From Vicugna vicugna (lineage: Eukaryota): DNA of 64,000 nucleotides. Of this stretch, positions 27,858 to 39,300 are shown in pieces. Position numbers and translations under genes: made by a program. The stretch lies in assembly GCA_013265495.1 (NCBI GenBank), contig MU063057.1, positions 248,001-312,000 on the forward strand, given 5' to 3'. The notes beneath the pieces are model-generated. The model was not told where the DNA came from. It worked only from the letters and a program-made list of their open reading frames with translations, and made no database searches. Every line of letters starts with the position of its first letter. Positions within the stretch are counted from its first letter, which is position 1.

Positions 27858-30271
27858 GTATGTGGGCAGCAGCCCCCGACCCGTGTCTGTCACTGCCCAG
27901 ACCCCTGTTACGGGCCTGGTGCCTGGAGTGGGGGTCCTGGACGTGGGTGGGCCTGGGGAGCTGCCCGGGCTGGACGGACGGGGGCTCCTGTGCCCGCAGA
28001 GGACGGCAGGAAAACCTTAGTGAGAGGAATCCAAGCAGTCAGAGAGGAGCCCTGAGCCTCCCTGACATCCCACTCCCCCGCCTTGGGGCCTCGCCCTCCC
28101 CCAGGGCTGTCCTCACCGAAGGGAGTTCAGCTCCATCTTTCCTGTAACTTCCTGTTCCTAGGGACTTGGCCCTGTGAGTGCTCCTCTCAAGATTTTGCAA
28201 ATAAAGTAGGCTGTCGGGAGCGGAGCAGTCGTCACAGCCCAGTTAGAGAAGTGGGTAAGCTACGTCAAACCACCTCAGGCGGGATGAGGCTTCCTGAGGT
28301 CAGGACTGAGGGGGAGTGCAGAGGCCAATAGGTGTGGGGGCCCCTCCCACGGGCCTCACTAGCTGTGGGGCATCTGACCCCCAAAACTGCACCCATAATC
28401 TGTTTCCAGCCCCTACTCCTGCTCGCCCCGCGGCCCCACCTGCTCGGTCACCCCGACCCCCTCTGCATCACTGCTGTTGTGCAGCGACCTGCCTGGTGAT
28501 GCCCAGCCAAGTACCAACCAAGGCACCACCCAGCCCACCAGGACACCTGGCCCCTCCTGGCTCTTGGCCTCCTGTTGGCATCACACTCATCCCACTGACT
28601 CCACCTGTCCTCGTTCCACGGAAGCCACCAGAGGTCACACAGGGACTTAGGCTGACGTGGGCCCTCAATCCAGCCCTGACTCAGCTCCCCTCAGCCCCTG
28701 AGCTGCCTTGGTCCCGCTGGGACGTGCAGGGCCTGTTTCCTCCAGGGCCAGCCCTGCTGCCTGCTGCGATGTGTCCTGGCCCAGGCTCCCCCTTTGCTGG
28801 TCCTCCATGTCTTCCGAACCCCAGGCCGGGGAGCCTCACGTGCGCCTGGCACGCCTCTCGCTCCATGTCCACTGACACTGACTCACGCTGTGGCCCCACT
28901 GCTGACTTTCCTCCCCCGTGTCCCCACTCCTGAGCAGACCTCCAGACACACCAGGTCCCAGCACTCACTCCCAGTGCAATGGCCTCTGCGCTCCCCTCCC
29001 ACTCGGAGGGAACCAGCCCATGCTTTCAGCCCCGCCCTCTAGCCCACAGCCGGTGGGGGGGTGCCAAGGTGGGGTCTTGGGGAGATGGGCTGTGGCCCCA
29101 CGTGCCAGTCGGCACACCAGCACACAGACCCCCATGCACACACAGGAACGCACACACCCACTCACAGCAGCTTCTGAGAGCCCCACTTCACCCCTCCTTC
29201 CATTCAAGCCCAACCCCACCTCACACGCCAGATCTGGGGGGCCAGGCCTGTCTCCCAGAACCAACAGGCCACCCTACCAACCCCAGCAGCAGGCCTAGGT
29301 GGGGACAGCCCTGGGGGGCCGCTGTGTGGGTCGGGAGAGGGCCCCATCGGACGTACCAGCCCGTGTACTCATCTGAAGCCCACACCGGCAGAAGCTTGGT
29401 GCCCAGGTGGGCTGCCTTCCCAGACAGACTGGTTTCTGCTGTGGAGCTGCGAGGTCAGACTTCCCGTCCACACCACGCGAGCAGCTCCTCGGGGCAACTC
29501 CTGAGGGCCCGGCCAGTCCTCGACCCCAGGGACAGCTGTGTGTCCCCTAAAGCCCTCCCCAAATTACGCCCCGTAGCAGTAGTGACTGTGGCCCCACGTG
29601 CTTCAGCTGTGCCCGAGCTCACGCCCGGCATCTGAGCAGCGAGCCCACAGGCGCAGTCAGCACGACCACAGGGGTTCATCTGCTGGGAACCAGTGGGCTC
29701 ACTGAGGTTCCTCACTGGGGAGGGGTGAGGGCAGGCTCAGCTGCCCTTTGGCTCCAGGCAATCCCAGATTTTTTCCCAGGGTGTCCCCCTGGGAGCATGG
29801 CTGCACCTGTGGGCAGCGGGCCTGCAGCAAGCTGTCACTCCACAGCGACCACACAGCTCATGGGCACCAATGGGCTCCCAGAGGGCCCGGGTCCCCTGGG
29901 GCAGAGCCGGCCCCCACGCACTCTACTTGTGGGGCCTGTCAGGCTCCTCTGCAGGCAGGCCAAGCCAGAGCCTGCAATGGGAGGCGGGCCCCTCTGCACT
30001 GCCCTGAGGAGATGCCCAAAGTCGGAGAGATGTGAACAGAGGCCTGGAGTCCTGGTGTGGGGGACCCTGGGATTGTCCTGGAGTCTCCAAACTCACAGCA
30101 AACTGCAGGCCAGTGGGACCCCCGGCCACCCTATGTGGTGGGGGCTCTGCTTCCTGCCCTCACCTGGCCGGGACTGCCCGCTCCACGTCACTGAAGGGGA
30201 GGCTGGGTCCCAGGACCTCTGTCCCCACCCGACGCCCACAGCATACAGAGCATGGAGAATGGAGAAGAGTC

Positions 30272-30277
30272 TGTATT
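30272..30277 (-). terminator. CHID1: Candidate CHID1 variant poly(A) signal AATACA
   Basis: About 55 nt past the stop on the minus strand (GCAAAATACAGAC). By eye I found no minus-strand AATAAA/ATTAAA between here and the TSPAN4 3' end. Confidence 0.45.
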
Positions 30278-30332
30278 TTGCACACCAGTCCTTCTGTCTC
30301 TTGGGAAAGCGCAGGTCGGCTCCAGACTGGGC

Positions 30333-33300
30333 CTACAGCAGGTCGTAGAAGTAGTCCAGGCCCTGGCCCAGCTCCCAGATGGACACCCCAACACCCAGCT
30401 CCCTGGCCAGCTCCAGCCGCACCTGCAAGGACTGAGGCAGAGGAAGCTCAGTCCCACCCCTTGTCCCTAGGCTGCCCCGGCCCCACCCGGCCCCGAAATG
30501 TGCCCAGGTCCGAGCCCACGCTGACCCCTGCTGCCCACCCCAGCCTGGCTGAGGCCAAGGCTGTCAGGGGAGGGGTGGTGCCGGCTGCCCGCACCCCCAA
30601 CGTGAAGGCCGGGCCCACACCCACCTTTAGTGTAGGGTAGAAGACGACGTGCCTCCCACCACGGCTTCTGCAAGAGAGCAGGACCCTTTGTCTGGCCGGC
30701 CTGATTCCCACCTGCCTCCCCTTCTCCCAGGCCCTCCTCCCCATCCAGCCAAGGTCGCAGGTCTGGCTAGAAAAGGCCCTCCCTGGTGCTACTCCTCAGG
30801 CCAGGCTGGCCCTGGGGGCAGAGGGGCTTGCGGCCTGGGACTCCCGGCTGGCCCACGCCTCACCCGGGCCCTCCTCCGGGACACTCACTTCTTGTACTCG
30901 AAGAAGTGCTCAGCGGCCTGGCTGTCCCACACGATCCGGGGCCTGTGCTCCTTCAGCAGCTGGATGTACCTGGGGGGGGGGGCGTGTGGGTGCTGGAGCC
31001 CTTCCTGCCCGCCCCAACACCCAGACAGGGAGGAGGTGGCCTCTCCCGTCGCCAGCGGGGTGAGGCCGCCCAAGGGCAGCGGCACGTGGGGTGCTGGACG
31101 TCGATGGCCTATGGAGTGCCAGCAGCCGGTGGGAGGGCCACGTGTGCGGCCTGGACACGAGGAAATGCCAAGGAGCAGGGCCACGTGGGTCCTCGCTGGG
31201 GTAGGGGGAAGACAAAGACCCTGACAGATGGCCCCTGAGACACAAGCAGAGGCCGAGGCTGCGTTTCCAGGCTCACTGCCGTCCTGTGACTTGGCTGCAC
31301 TAGAGCACCACGTGTGACGTGAGTCTCACCGCAGCACCTCCGCCCCACGCGGGCAGAGCGCGGGTGCCCGTGCTGCGGGCGCGGTGCCTGCTGGAGGGAG
31401 GGGGCTGCTTGCTGCTGCAGGAGAAGCAGCAACTTCTGAAACTGGTGGGGGGGTTGGGGGCAGGTGCAGGCCTCGAGGGTGAACGAGGCCTGGGGGCAGC
31501 TTCCTGAGGCCCCTTGGCACCCCGCACCCTAGCCCGTCTGGGGACAGCTGTCCAGGGCAGTGGTTTCCGGGCCCTTCCAGAGGCCAGGCTGCCCTGGGCC
31601 GGCCTTCCCTACTGGGGACACAGCTGCCCCAAGCCTGCAGTAGGCCTGGTCTTACTGCCAGGAGCCAAGGGTTCAAGAACACCCTGCCCTCAAACACACA
31701 GAGGGCTGGCTGGCTCCCAAGGTGCCCCACCGCCAGACAGCCAAGGTCCCTAGCGACGAGCTTCACTGAGCTCACCCAGGACCCCGAGCCCTGCTTTGCT
31801 GATGGGTGGTTGAGATTCCTGCCTCCACCAGGCTGTGCTGGGTGGAGGGGGGACACACAGCCCACTGGGCAGCTCCACTGGGCGAGTGGGTGGCTGGGCG
31901 GCTGTCCTGAGAGCCCACCCAGGCTCCTCTCAGAGCCCCTGCAGTTTGCAGCCAGGCCCAGGCACCAGGCCCAGCACAGGCCTCCCCTGGGCTTCAGTTT
32001 CTGTGGCGAGGGCTCTGACTCCCACCTTGCTGGGCCAGGGTGTGGCCCGCCCTCCCTGTGGCCGGCAGAGGGGGGACAGACGGGCCAGCCCTGCCAGGGG
32101 CATGGGAGGAAGTGGGTTTGGGAGGAGCAGCTGCAGCAGGCCGGGGGCCTTCCAGGAGGGGACATTCTCCTCTGCTGCTGCCCGCAGGGTCTCTGCGGCC
32201 TGCACTGGGGAGACCCAGGCGCCCCACCCGCTGCCCGTGGCCCCAGCATCCCCTAAACACCCTACTGCCTCGAACCTGCAGCCCAAGAGGCCTGGGAGAC
32301 GTCAGCCGTCCTCAGCAGGGCCGGCTGGGCAGAGGCCGCGGAGGGTTCTGGAGGGAGCCCCAGAGAGCCCACAAGGCCCAGACCGGCCAGACCCTGGCCT
32401 GTGATGAGGGCCTGAGGGTGAGGGGGCAGCCCCTTCAACCACGGTACGGGACAGCCGCACCTTTGATGAAAAAGGACACCGGCTGGGCCACACCGTAGCT
32501 GGAGGAGAGGGGAGACACTGACCCCGGGACAGAGCGTGGGGATGGGGACCAGAAGTCAGTGAGGGGCCGACGGAAAGCGTGGGGGTGCAGCCAATGACCA
32601 GGTGGGCTCACCTGCACCCCAGTCCAAAACCCCTGACCTCCCACTGGCCAGCGGAGCAGACTGGCCAGGCCTGACACTGTGTGGGACCCACGCAGCCAGT
32701 GGCCTCTCCTTCCTGTTTTTGCTGCAACCCGAGCCCCCTCACACCAAGCCCCAATCCAAGGCCCCTCCGGCAGGCGGTGGGCCCTGCCTGCAGCACCCCT
32801 GCAGCCTGTGTCCAGGGCTCCGTGTCCCCTTGGTGCTGGCCTTCCCAGATTGGGCCCGCAAAGGGCATGTGGAGGGGGCAGGGCCTTAGGCCCACACGGG
32901 GAGTCCAGTGGGCACCTCTGGGTGACGTGAGGAGGTGGCCCCCTTGGTGACCCTGGCTCACAAGTCCCCACCTGCTGGCAGCGGGACTCATCCTGAGCTG
33001 CACCTCAAGGAAAGCCTCCAACACAGGAGCAAGCAGACACCGCAGCAGAGGGTGTGCCAGGAAACCGTGCAGGGGCAGAGGACACCTGGAAGCCAACCTG
33101 GCACATGGGGACCCTGGGCCTGAGAAACCGGGGCAGGATGCTGGGAGAAGGCCCAGGGAAGGCTCAGGGATCAGACAGCAGAGCCCATACCCAGTAGAAG
33201 GAATGGAAGGCCACAGAGGAGGCCCAGAGGCATAGGAGCAGTCAGGCCGCAGTCCTGGGGCCAGTGCCTGCTTCAGCCGCTTCAAGGCAGAGAGACCACG

Positions 33301-36300
33301 GTGCAGGACGGCGGTGCTGGTAGAGCTTCCCCATGCCCGTGTGCCCTTGACCCCTGGAGTCCTGGCCCACCAAGAGGCTTCCGGGGGGTGGGGATGGTCT
33401 GCCAGGCACCGCCCACCCTTGGGGACCCATCTGGCTGAGTTCTGCTGGGCCTGGCTCTCACCGAGATCCCCAGGGAGGCCCCCTGGACTGGGGCAGGAGA
33501 GGCCAGGCGAGGTGGGGAGTGTGGACCCCAAAGGTGCAGGAGAGCAAGTGCCCACCTGGATTGAGGGCCCTCTTGGGGCTGGGCAGAGCATCCTGGCAGC
33601 CTCTCCGAAGAGGGGGCTTTGCAGCCACAGAACCCATGGATCAGCACCCAGACTTGCTCCACAGGGAACATGAGCCTGCAGGCTGCGGTGCCCCGGCCCC
33701 TCCTGGGGTGTTTCACAGTTGCCCAGACTCCTCAAAGTCAGAGAGCGACCAGGCCATGCACGCAGGAGCCTGGCTGTGGTCATGATGGGGTCTGCACGTC
33801 ACCCAGGGTGGGTGAGCAGAGGCCGGTGGGAAGGGGGGACCTAGAACGTGTACAAACGACCTCTGAAGACCGACCCCACCGAGGCAGGCACAGACGGCCG
33901 GCCTCCTGCCCCCGCCTTCGGGCCCTGGCTCTGTGTGCTGGGGAGCAGACGGCGTGGTGGCTGAGGGGCTGGGACACCTGCCACAGAAGGCCCAGGTCTC
34001 CGCGCTGGAGAAGCTGAGAGAGAGGGCAGGTAAGCCTGGGCCAGGCTGGGCGGAGCCTCTGTCAGTGGCGAGCCCAAGCGGCCATGCAGTCATCAGCCCA
34101 GTCCCCTGCCCAGGGGACAGAGGCCATGCAGGGGGCTCCGTCCAGAAGTGGGGGAGCTGGACCTGGGTGACTGCGCCCACACCCTGTAGAGGCAGCCTGC
34201 CCCTCCCCTGGCAAACAGGTACCATCTGCAGGCAGCCTTGCTAAAGTCTTCCATTCGGTCCACCAGATCAAAAGAACCTGGCCCTGAGAGGGGAGGTTCT
34301 GCTGCCCAGCCATGCGAGAAGGCCCCTAACCATGACGCCCAGGGTCCCTGAGCCCCAACACCCTGAGCACGTGTGTCAACTCCCCTGTGCGCCAGGGGGA
34401 TGGTCTAGAAGTCAGGCTGCAGGCAAAGGAGGTCAAATGCAACCCAAAGGGGCCAGCCGTGGGCCCTGCCTGCGGGGTTGCTCCAGTCCCCTGCCTGAGG
34501 CACACGCAAGGGGCTGGTAGCAGGCGACAGATGGCAGACCAGGGCCCTGGAAGGAAGCGGCAGGGGTGGGGGCACTCGGGACAATGAAGCCTCAGAGTGA
34601 GCTCACGCTGGCGCCCTCCACCCCACTCTGTGTCCCCTCTGTGTGACAGATAACTGTCGATCAATGAGGCCTCTTCTCTGCCTGCAGCCCTTGCCCAGGG
34701 ACAGTCCTGGGGGGATGTGACCCCTCCCTGGGCTCACGTCCCCACTTGCAGGGGACCGTTATCTCTGATCCCCCATGAGAGTGGGGTGGGGGCACCTCGG
34801 CCATGTGCGCCCCTGCAGGTGTGTCGGCGCTTCTACTGTCACACACCCGGGGAGGCACAGCGGGGGAGTCTGTGCTCTGCCTGCCCTCTCTTTAGCAGAG
34901 ACCCTAAATGTGAATCAGGTCTTGTGGGGACCATGGGGGTGACCACACTGAGGGCCACGTGTGTGCCCCACACCTCCTCTGGTGCTCAAGCTTGACCCTC
35001 CTAGTAGGAGCAGCAGCCCTGCCTGCAGAGCCAGGACTTGGATGCCAGCCCCTGAGGCACCCCACCCCACACTGCGGGCACCCAGATGCCCCTGCGCCCT
35101 GGAGGACGACCTCCTCCTGCCCACTGAGGTTAGGGAGCTGAGGAGTCCTGGGGGAGATCAAACCAGGCAGGAGGAGGGCCCTCAGAGGCACCTGCTCCTC
35201 CCCTGCACCTCTCTGCCCCCTCCTCAAAAGCCCCTGCGGAGCGGCGGGGCCTCTGACAGGACCACACAAGCTGGGTTAGGGGCTGCAACAACTCCACTTC
35301 ATGAGCTACTGCTGGACCCACGTTTAGTGAGTGAATTACAGCTCTTCACTTCTCAGATACTGTTGGAGATGAATTCTGTCCCCTGATACCATACATTGGG
35401 GTCGTAACCCCAGGAACCTCAAAATGTGACTCTATTTGAAGCTGAGCCTTTAAAGAAGTGATTAGTGTAAAATGACTGAGGTGCCCTGGGGTGGGTCCTA
35501 ATCCCACAGGACTGGTGTCCTTACAAGAAGAGATCAGGACACAGACACACGCAGGCGGACGACCACGTGAGGACGCGGGAGAAGACGGCCGTCTCCACGC
35601 CGAGCAGAGAGGCCCCGGGTGGAGCCGGCCCTGCCCACCCCTGGACCTGGGACTCCGGCCTCTGGGACTGGGGACAACACGCTTCTGCGGCTCGAGCCCG
35701 GCTACGGCCCTGGTGGGGCAGCCTGAGCTGAACAGGTGGTACCCAGGCCAACCCTCCTGCTCTCTCCGCAGGGCTCCCAGGCTTGCTTAGACCCAGACCC
35801 AGACCAGCTGGTGCACAGGGGGCACGACTGGCCCTGAGGTCCCACCTCTGAGGCCCTGTCCAGCAGTGGTCACAGCTCCCTGGGGGCATCCCACCTTGTT
35901 TTGGAGGCTCTGCCCTTAGAGCCCTTAGAGCAGGAGGGAGCCAGAGGAAACAGGGGAGCCCCCTCTGCACTCAATGGTGAGTGGGTCTGGGAACAGCTCC
36001 CCAGAACCCATGAGTCCAGCCAAGGGCCATCCTCTGTGCCTGCCCCAGGGCAGACCTGAGGGGGTCACGGGACCATTGGTGGGCAGCAGACATTCAGCCA
36101 GGGTGGACGCCCAACCCCCTGCCTGGGCAGATGCGCTGTGCCCCTGCGGTGAGCAGGCCTGCAGGCTCAGCTCACGGCTCCCGGACCGTCCCCAGCGACA
36201 GGACCAGGGACTTGAGAGAAACGGCTGACTCTGTTTCCAGGGGAAGGGACGGCACCAAGAACAAGAGTGGAGGCTCAGGATCACTGAAGTGCCCAGCGCC

Positions 36301-39300
36301 TGGCCAGGCGAAACGCACAGCGCCTGGAGTCCCGCCCAGAGCAGAGGCCCGCGGAGAGCCGGCTGGACAGGACCGCGGTGGGAGAGACCGCGCCGACCGC
36401 CCCCAGCATGATCTGGACGGAGCAGCAGGCGGGGTGCCAGGCAGCCACCCTCAACCTGCGCAGGGGACGTGCAGTGGCGAAGCCCCAGGACAAACTGCCG
36501 GACGAGAGAACTAGGCCGCGGCAGAAGCAGCACAGACAGACAAACGGAGGACTCGACGCGCAGAGAAACAGCCTGTGAGCCGCAAGACAGCAGCAGAACC
36601 AAACAAAGGGAAACACAGGGACGAAGGCCAAAAAGACAAGACGAGTGCCAGTGGGGGGCGGAGTCGCCCGAGGGCCCGGAAGGGGAGGGAGAAAGGGAAG
36701 GACGGGAGAGTACCTGAAGAGAGCGGCTGCAGCCTCCCCAGAGGCGGTGAGAAGCGTAAAGCCAGACCTAAGCGGCTCAGCGAGAACCAGGCGCCGAAAC
36801 GAACTACGCGAACGCACCCGGGACCAGCACAGCAGGAGGGACGCGGCCGGCGAGGGTCTCGTGGCCGAAGCGCAGCGGACGGGGGGAGAAGCAGCACCTT
36901 TAAGGTTCTGGGAATGGTGGGCAACCGAGACCCCACACCAAAACGTCCTCCAAAAACCGAAACCACGCAGCGCGGAGGGGAACGCACACAGCCCGGCACA
37001 GAGCCCCCAGCAGCGCCCGCACAGGCACTCTACAGGCTGAAGGGAAGGATGTTGCCAGGCAGCTCCCGCTTCTGCTGGGAAGCAGGCCCGCATGCCCGGC
37101 CCCCGACAGAGGGGAAGGCGGCGCTGGGATGGGCTACCAGGGTCCGCGTGCGGGTCAGTCCTGCACAGTGGGTGCTTACCTCGTCCCGATGACGGGCTCG
37201 CGGGCGTCCCTGGAGGCCGAGTGGTCCATGCCATAGAGGTTGAGCCCCAGGAGGATCTTGCTCCGCCACCTGGACTTGGGGTCCAGGACCTGGACACAGG
37301 CTCGCACCCAGGACAGTGGCGCATTGGGGCCGGGCCTGTGGGGCCAGGGAGGAGTGGGTTTCAGCGGCAGGCAGAGGCTTAGTTCGTCCCCAGTGGGTGC
37401 CCCAGTCCGGGGCTGGGGTCAGTGCACACAGTGGGAAGAACAGTGTGATTCCCCCAGTGCCTTCTGGCCAGACTTGGGACCTAATCTGTGCCTGCATCTG
37501 CTCACCCAGACCCCCTGCAGAGACCAGAGCGGCCCCAGTGAAGGCCGAGGTGGACTGAGACACTGTCCCCGCCCCAGGATCCCCTGGGGCAGCCACCCTG
37601 CCCACAGGAGTCCTTCTCCTCAGCAACAGGGCAGGCCTAGCACCACAGCCACCATGTGGTGGCCAGGGTCGGGGAGGCGTGGACAGACACCCCAGGATGG
37701 CATTCCCATGGGGGTCGCTGCTGCCCTATGACCCGTGACCCGAGTGAGCAGGCTGCCCATTGCAGGGCCGACTGTGGGCTCCGGGGAAAAGACCCGGCCC
37801 TTCGTGCTCCTGGAGCCACATCCCCTAGGCAGGCCGGCGGGATGTGTTCCAAGTGCCCAGCGTCCAGGCAGAGGGCCAGGCTGGGGCCCCGGGCCCTGCG
37901 GCGCCCACACTCACTGCTGCGCTGCGGGGTAGTCGTAGGTCATCAGACTGAAGCCGTCCAGCACGGGGGCCAGCTGCTCAAACTCCTTCTGCGTGAACAG
38001 GCCCAGCTGGTCGGTCCTGCGGTGAGGCGGCAAGGTCAGCGCGGCCATCCCGCCTGCCCTGCCAGCTGTCGCCTGGGCTCAGCCCAGCGCACGCCCTGCT
38101 CTGGGAGACACCTCCAGGCACATTCCCGGGAAAGTCACTTGGCACTCAGTGATAGCAGATGGCCCCTGGCTGGGTCAGGGACACTCCAGAGCCAGGGCGG
38201 GGCTGTGAGGGCCAGCAGAGACACAGCCCCCCCCCACATCAGAGCACGTGGTCAGTCCAGCTCCGGGCAGCCTACCCCTGCGGTGGGCTCCCCTCATCTC
38301 AGCCCCGAGAACGGTGTTGCAGGCAGAGTGCCCTTCATTCCAGGGCCTCAGGCCTGAGGCCGGCAGGAGCCCAGGCGGCCCGTCTGCTGGACACACCTGG
38401 TCTGCTAGCCCACCGGCTCGGCCATGTCCCGAGCCAGGGAGGGGCTCTCTGCTTCCCCCACAACATGAACAGAGACAGGACCCCTCCTCTCAGCTGACGC
38501 CCCCATCCCTGGGCAGGAGTGGCCCACTGCACGGACCCCAGACATGGTCACTGATTCCACGGGGTCTTGGCCACCCTGCGATACCCCATCTCAAGCCTGC
38601 CCAACTCTAGCCGAACAAAGCTGCCCAGGAGAGTCGCCTTCGCTGGGACCAGCCAGGAGGCCAGGCCCAGACCCCTGGGGACATCAGGCACCTGTGGGAC
38701 CTGAGGACAAGCAGCACCAACAGTGACCCCACAAGCGGGACAAGGCAGGACTCAGCAATGGGTGCCGGCCACTGCCGGAGCTCGGGAACGCACCTGGGGA
38801 GCAGTGACTGACACAATGCCTGTGGCCACACCCCAGACGGGCCCCCTAAAGTCAGCTAGAGACACCAGGCCCTGGCCACCACAAAACGGCAGATGCCATC
38901 AGCTCCAGGAAGACGTTTCCACGTTTCGCAAGCCCACCCACCCCCAGGTGGACATTCGCTCAGGAACCCATGAACGTCCAGACCCCACTGTTTCTGGGTT
39001 TGATGGCTCACAAGGGAAGACAGGGCTGCGAGCTGAACAGTGCAGAGGGACCCCAGCAGAGGGGTGTGCTCCCAAGTCTTATGCTCTGGTCACTGCAGCA
39101 GCCGAGGCCTTCCAGGAGGGATATGGGGCCTGGCACTGTCCCCAGTCAGCTGGGAGGAGGAGCCCACCCCCAGGGTCCTGGAAGTGCTGGGACCAGGTGT
39201 GAAAGGGAGGGCTCAGGCAGGCAGAAGGGAGGGGGAAGTGAACCGGGGTGGGGGGGGGCCCAGGAGGCCTGCTACCCTGAGGGCCTCACTCACCCCATAA

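Noticed and set aside
31326-33783. 307-aa and 391-aa minus-strand ORFs in CHID1 intron 10
   Set aside because: GC-rich intronic DNA, Pro/Gly-rich composition, no family resemblance or supporting splice/poly(A) structure.
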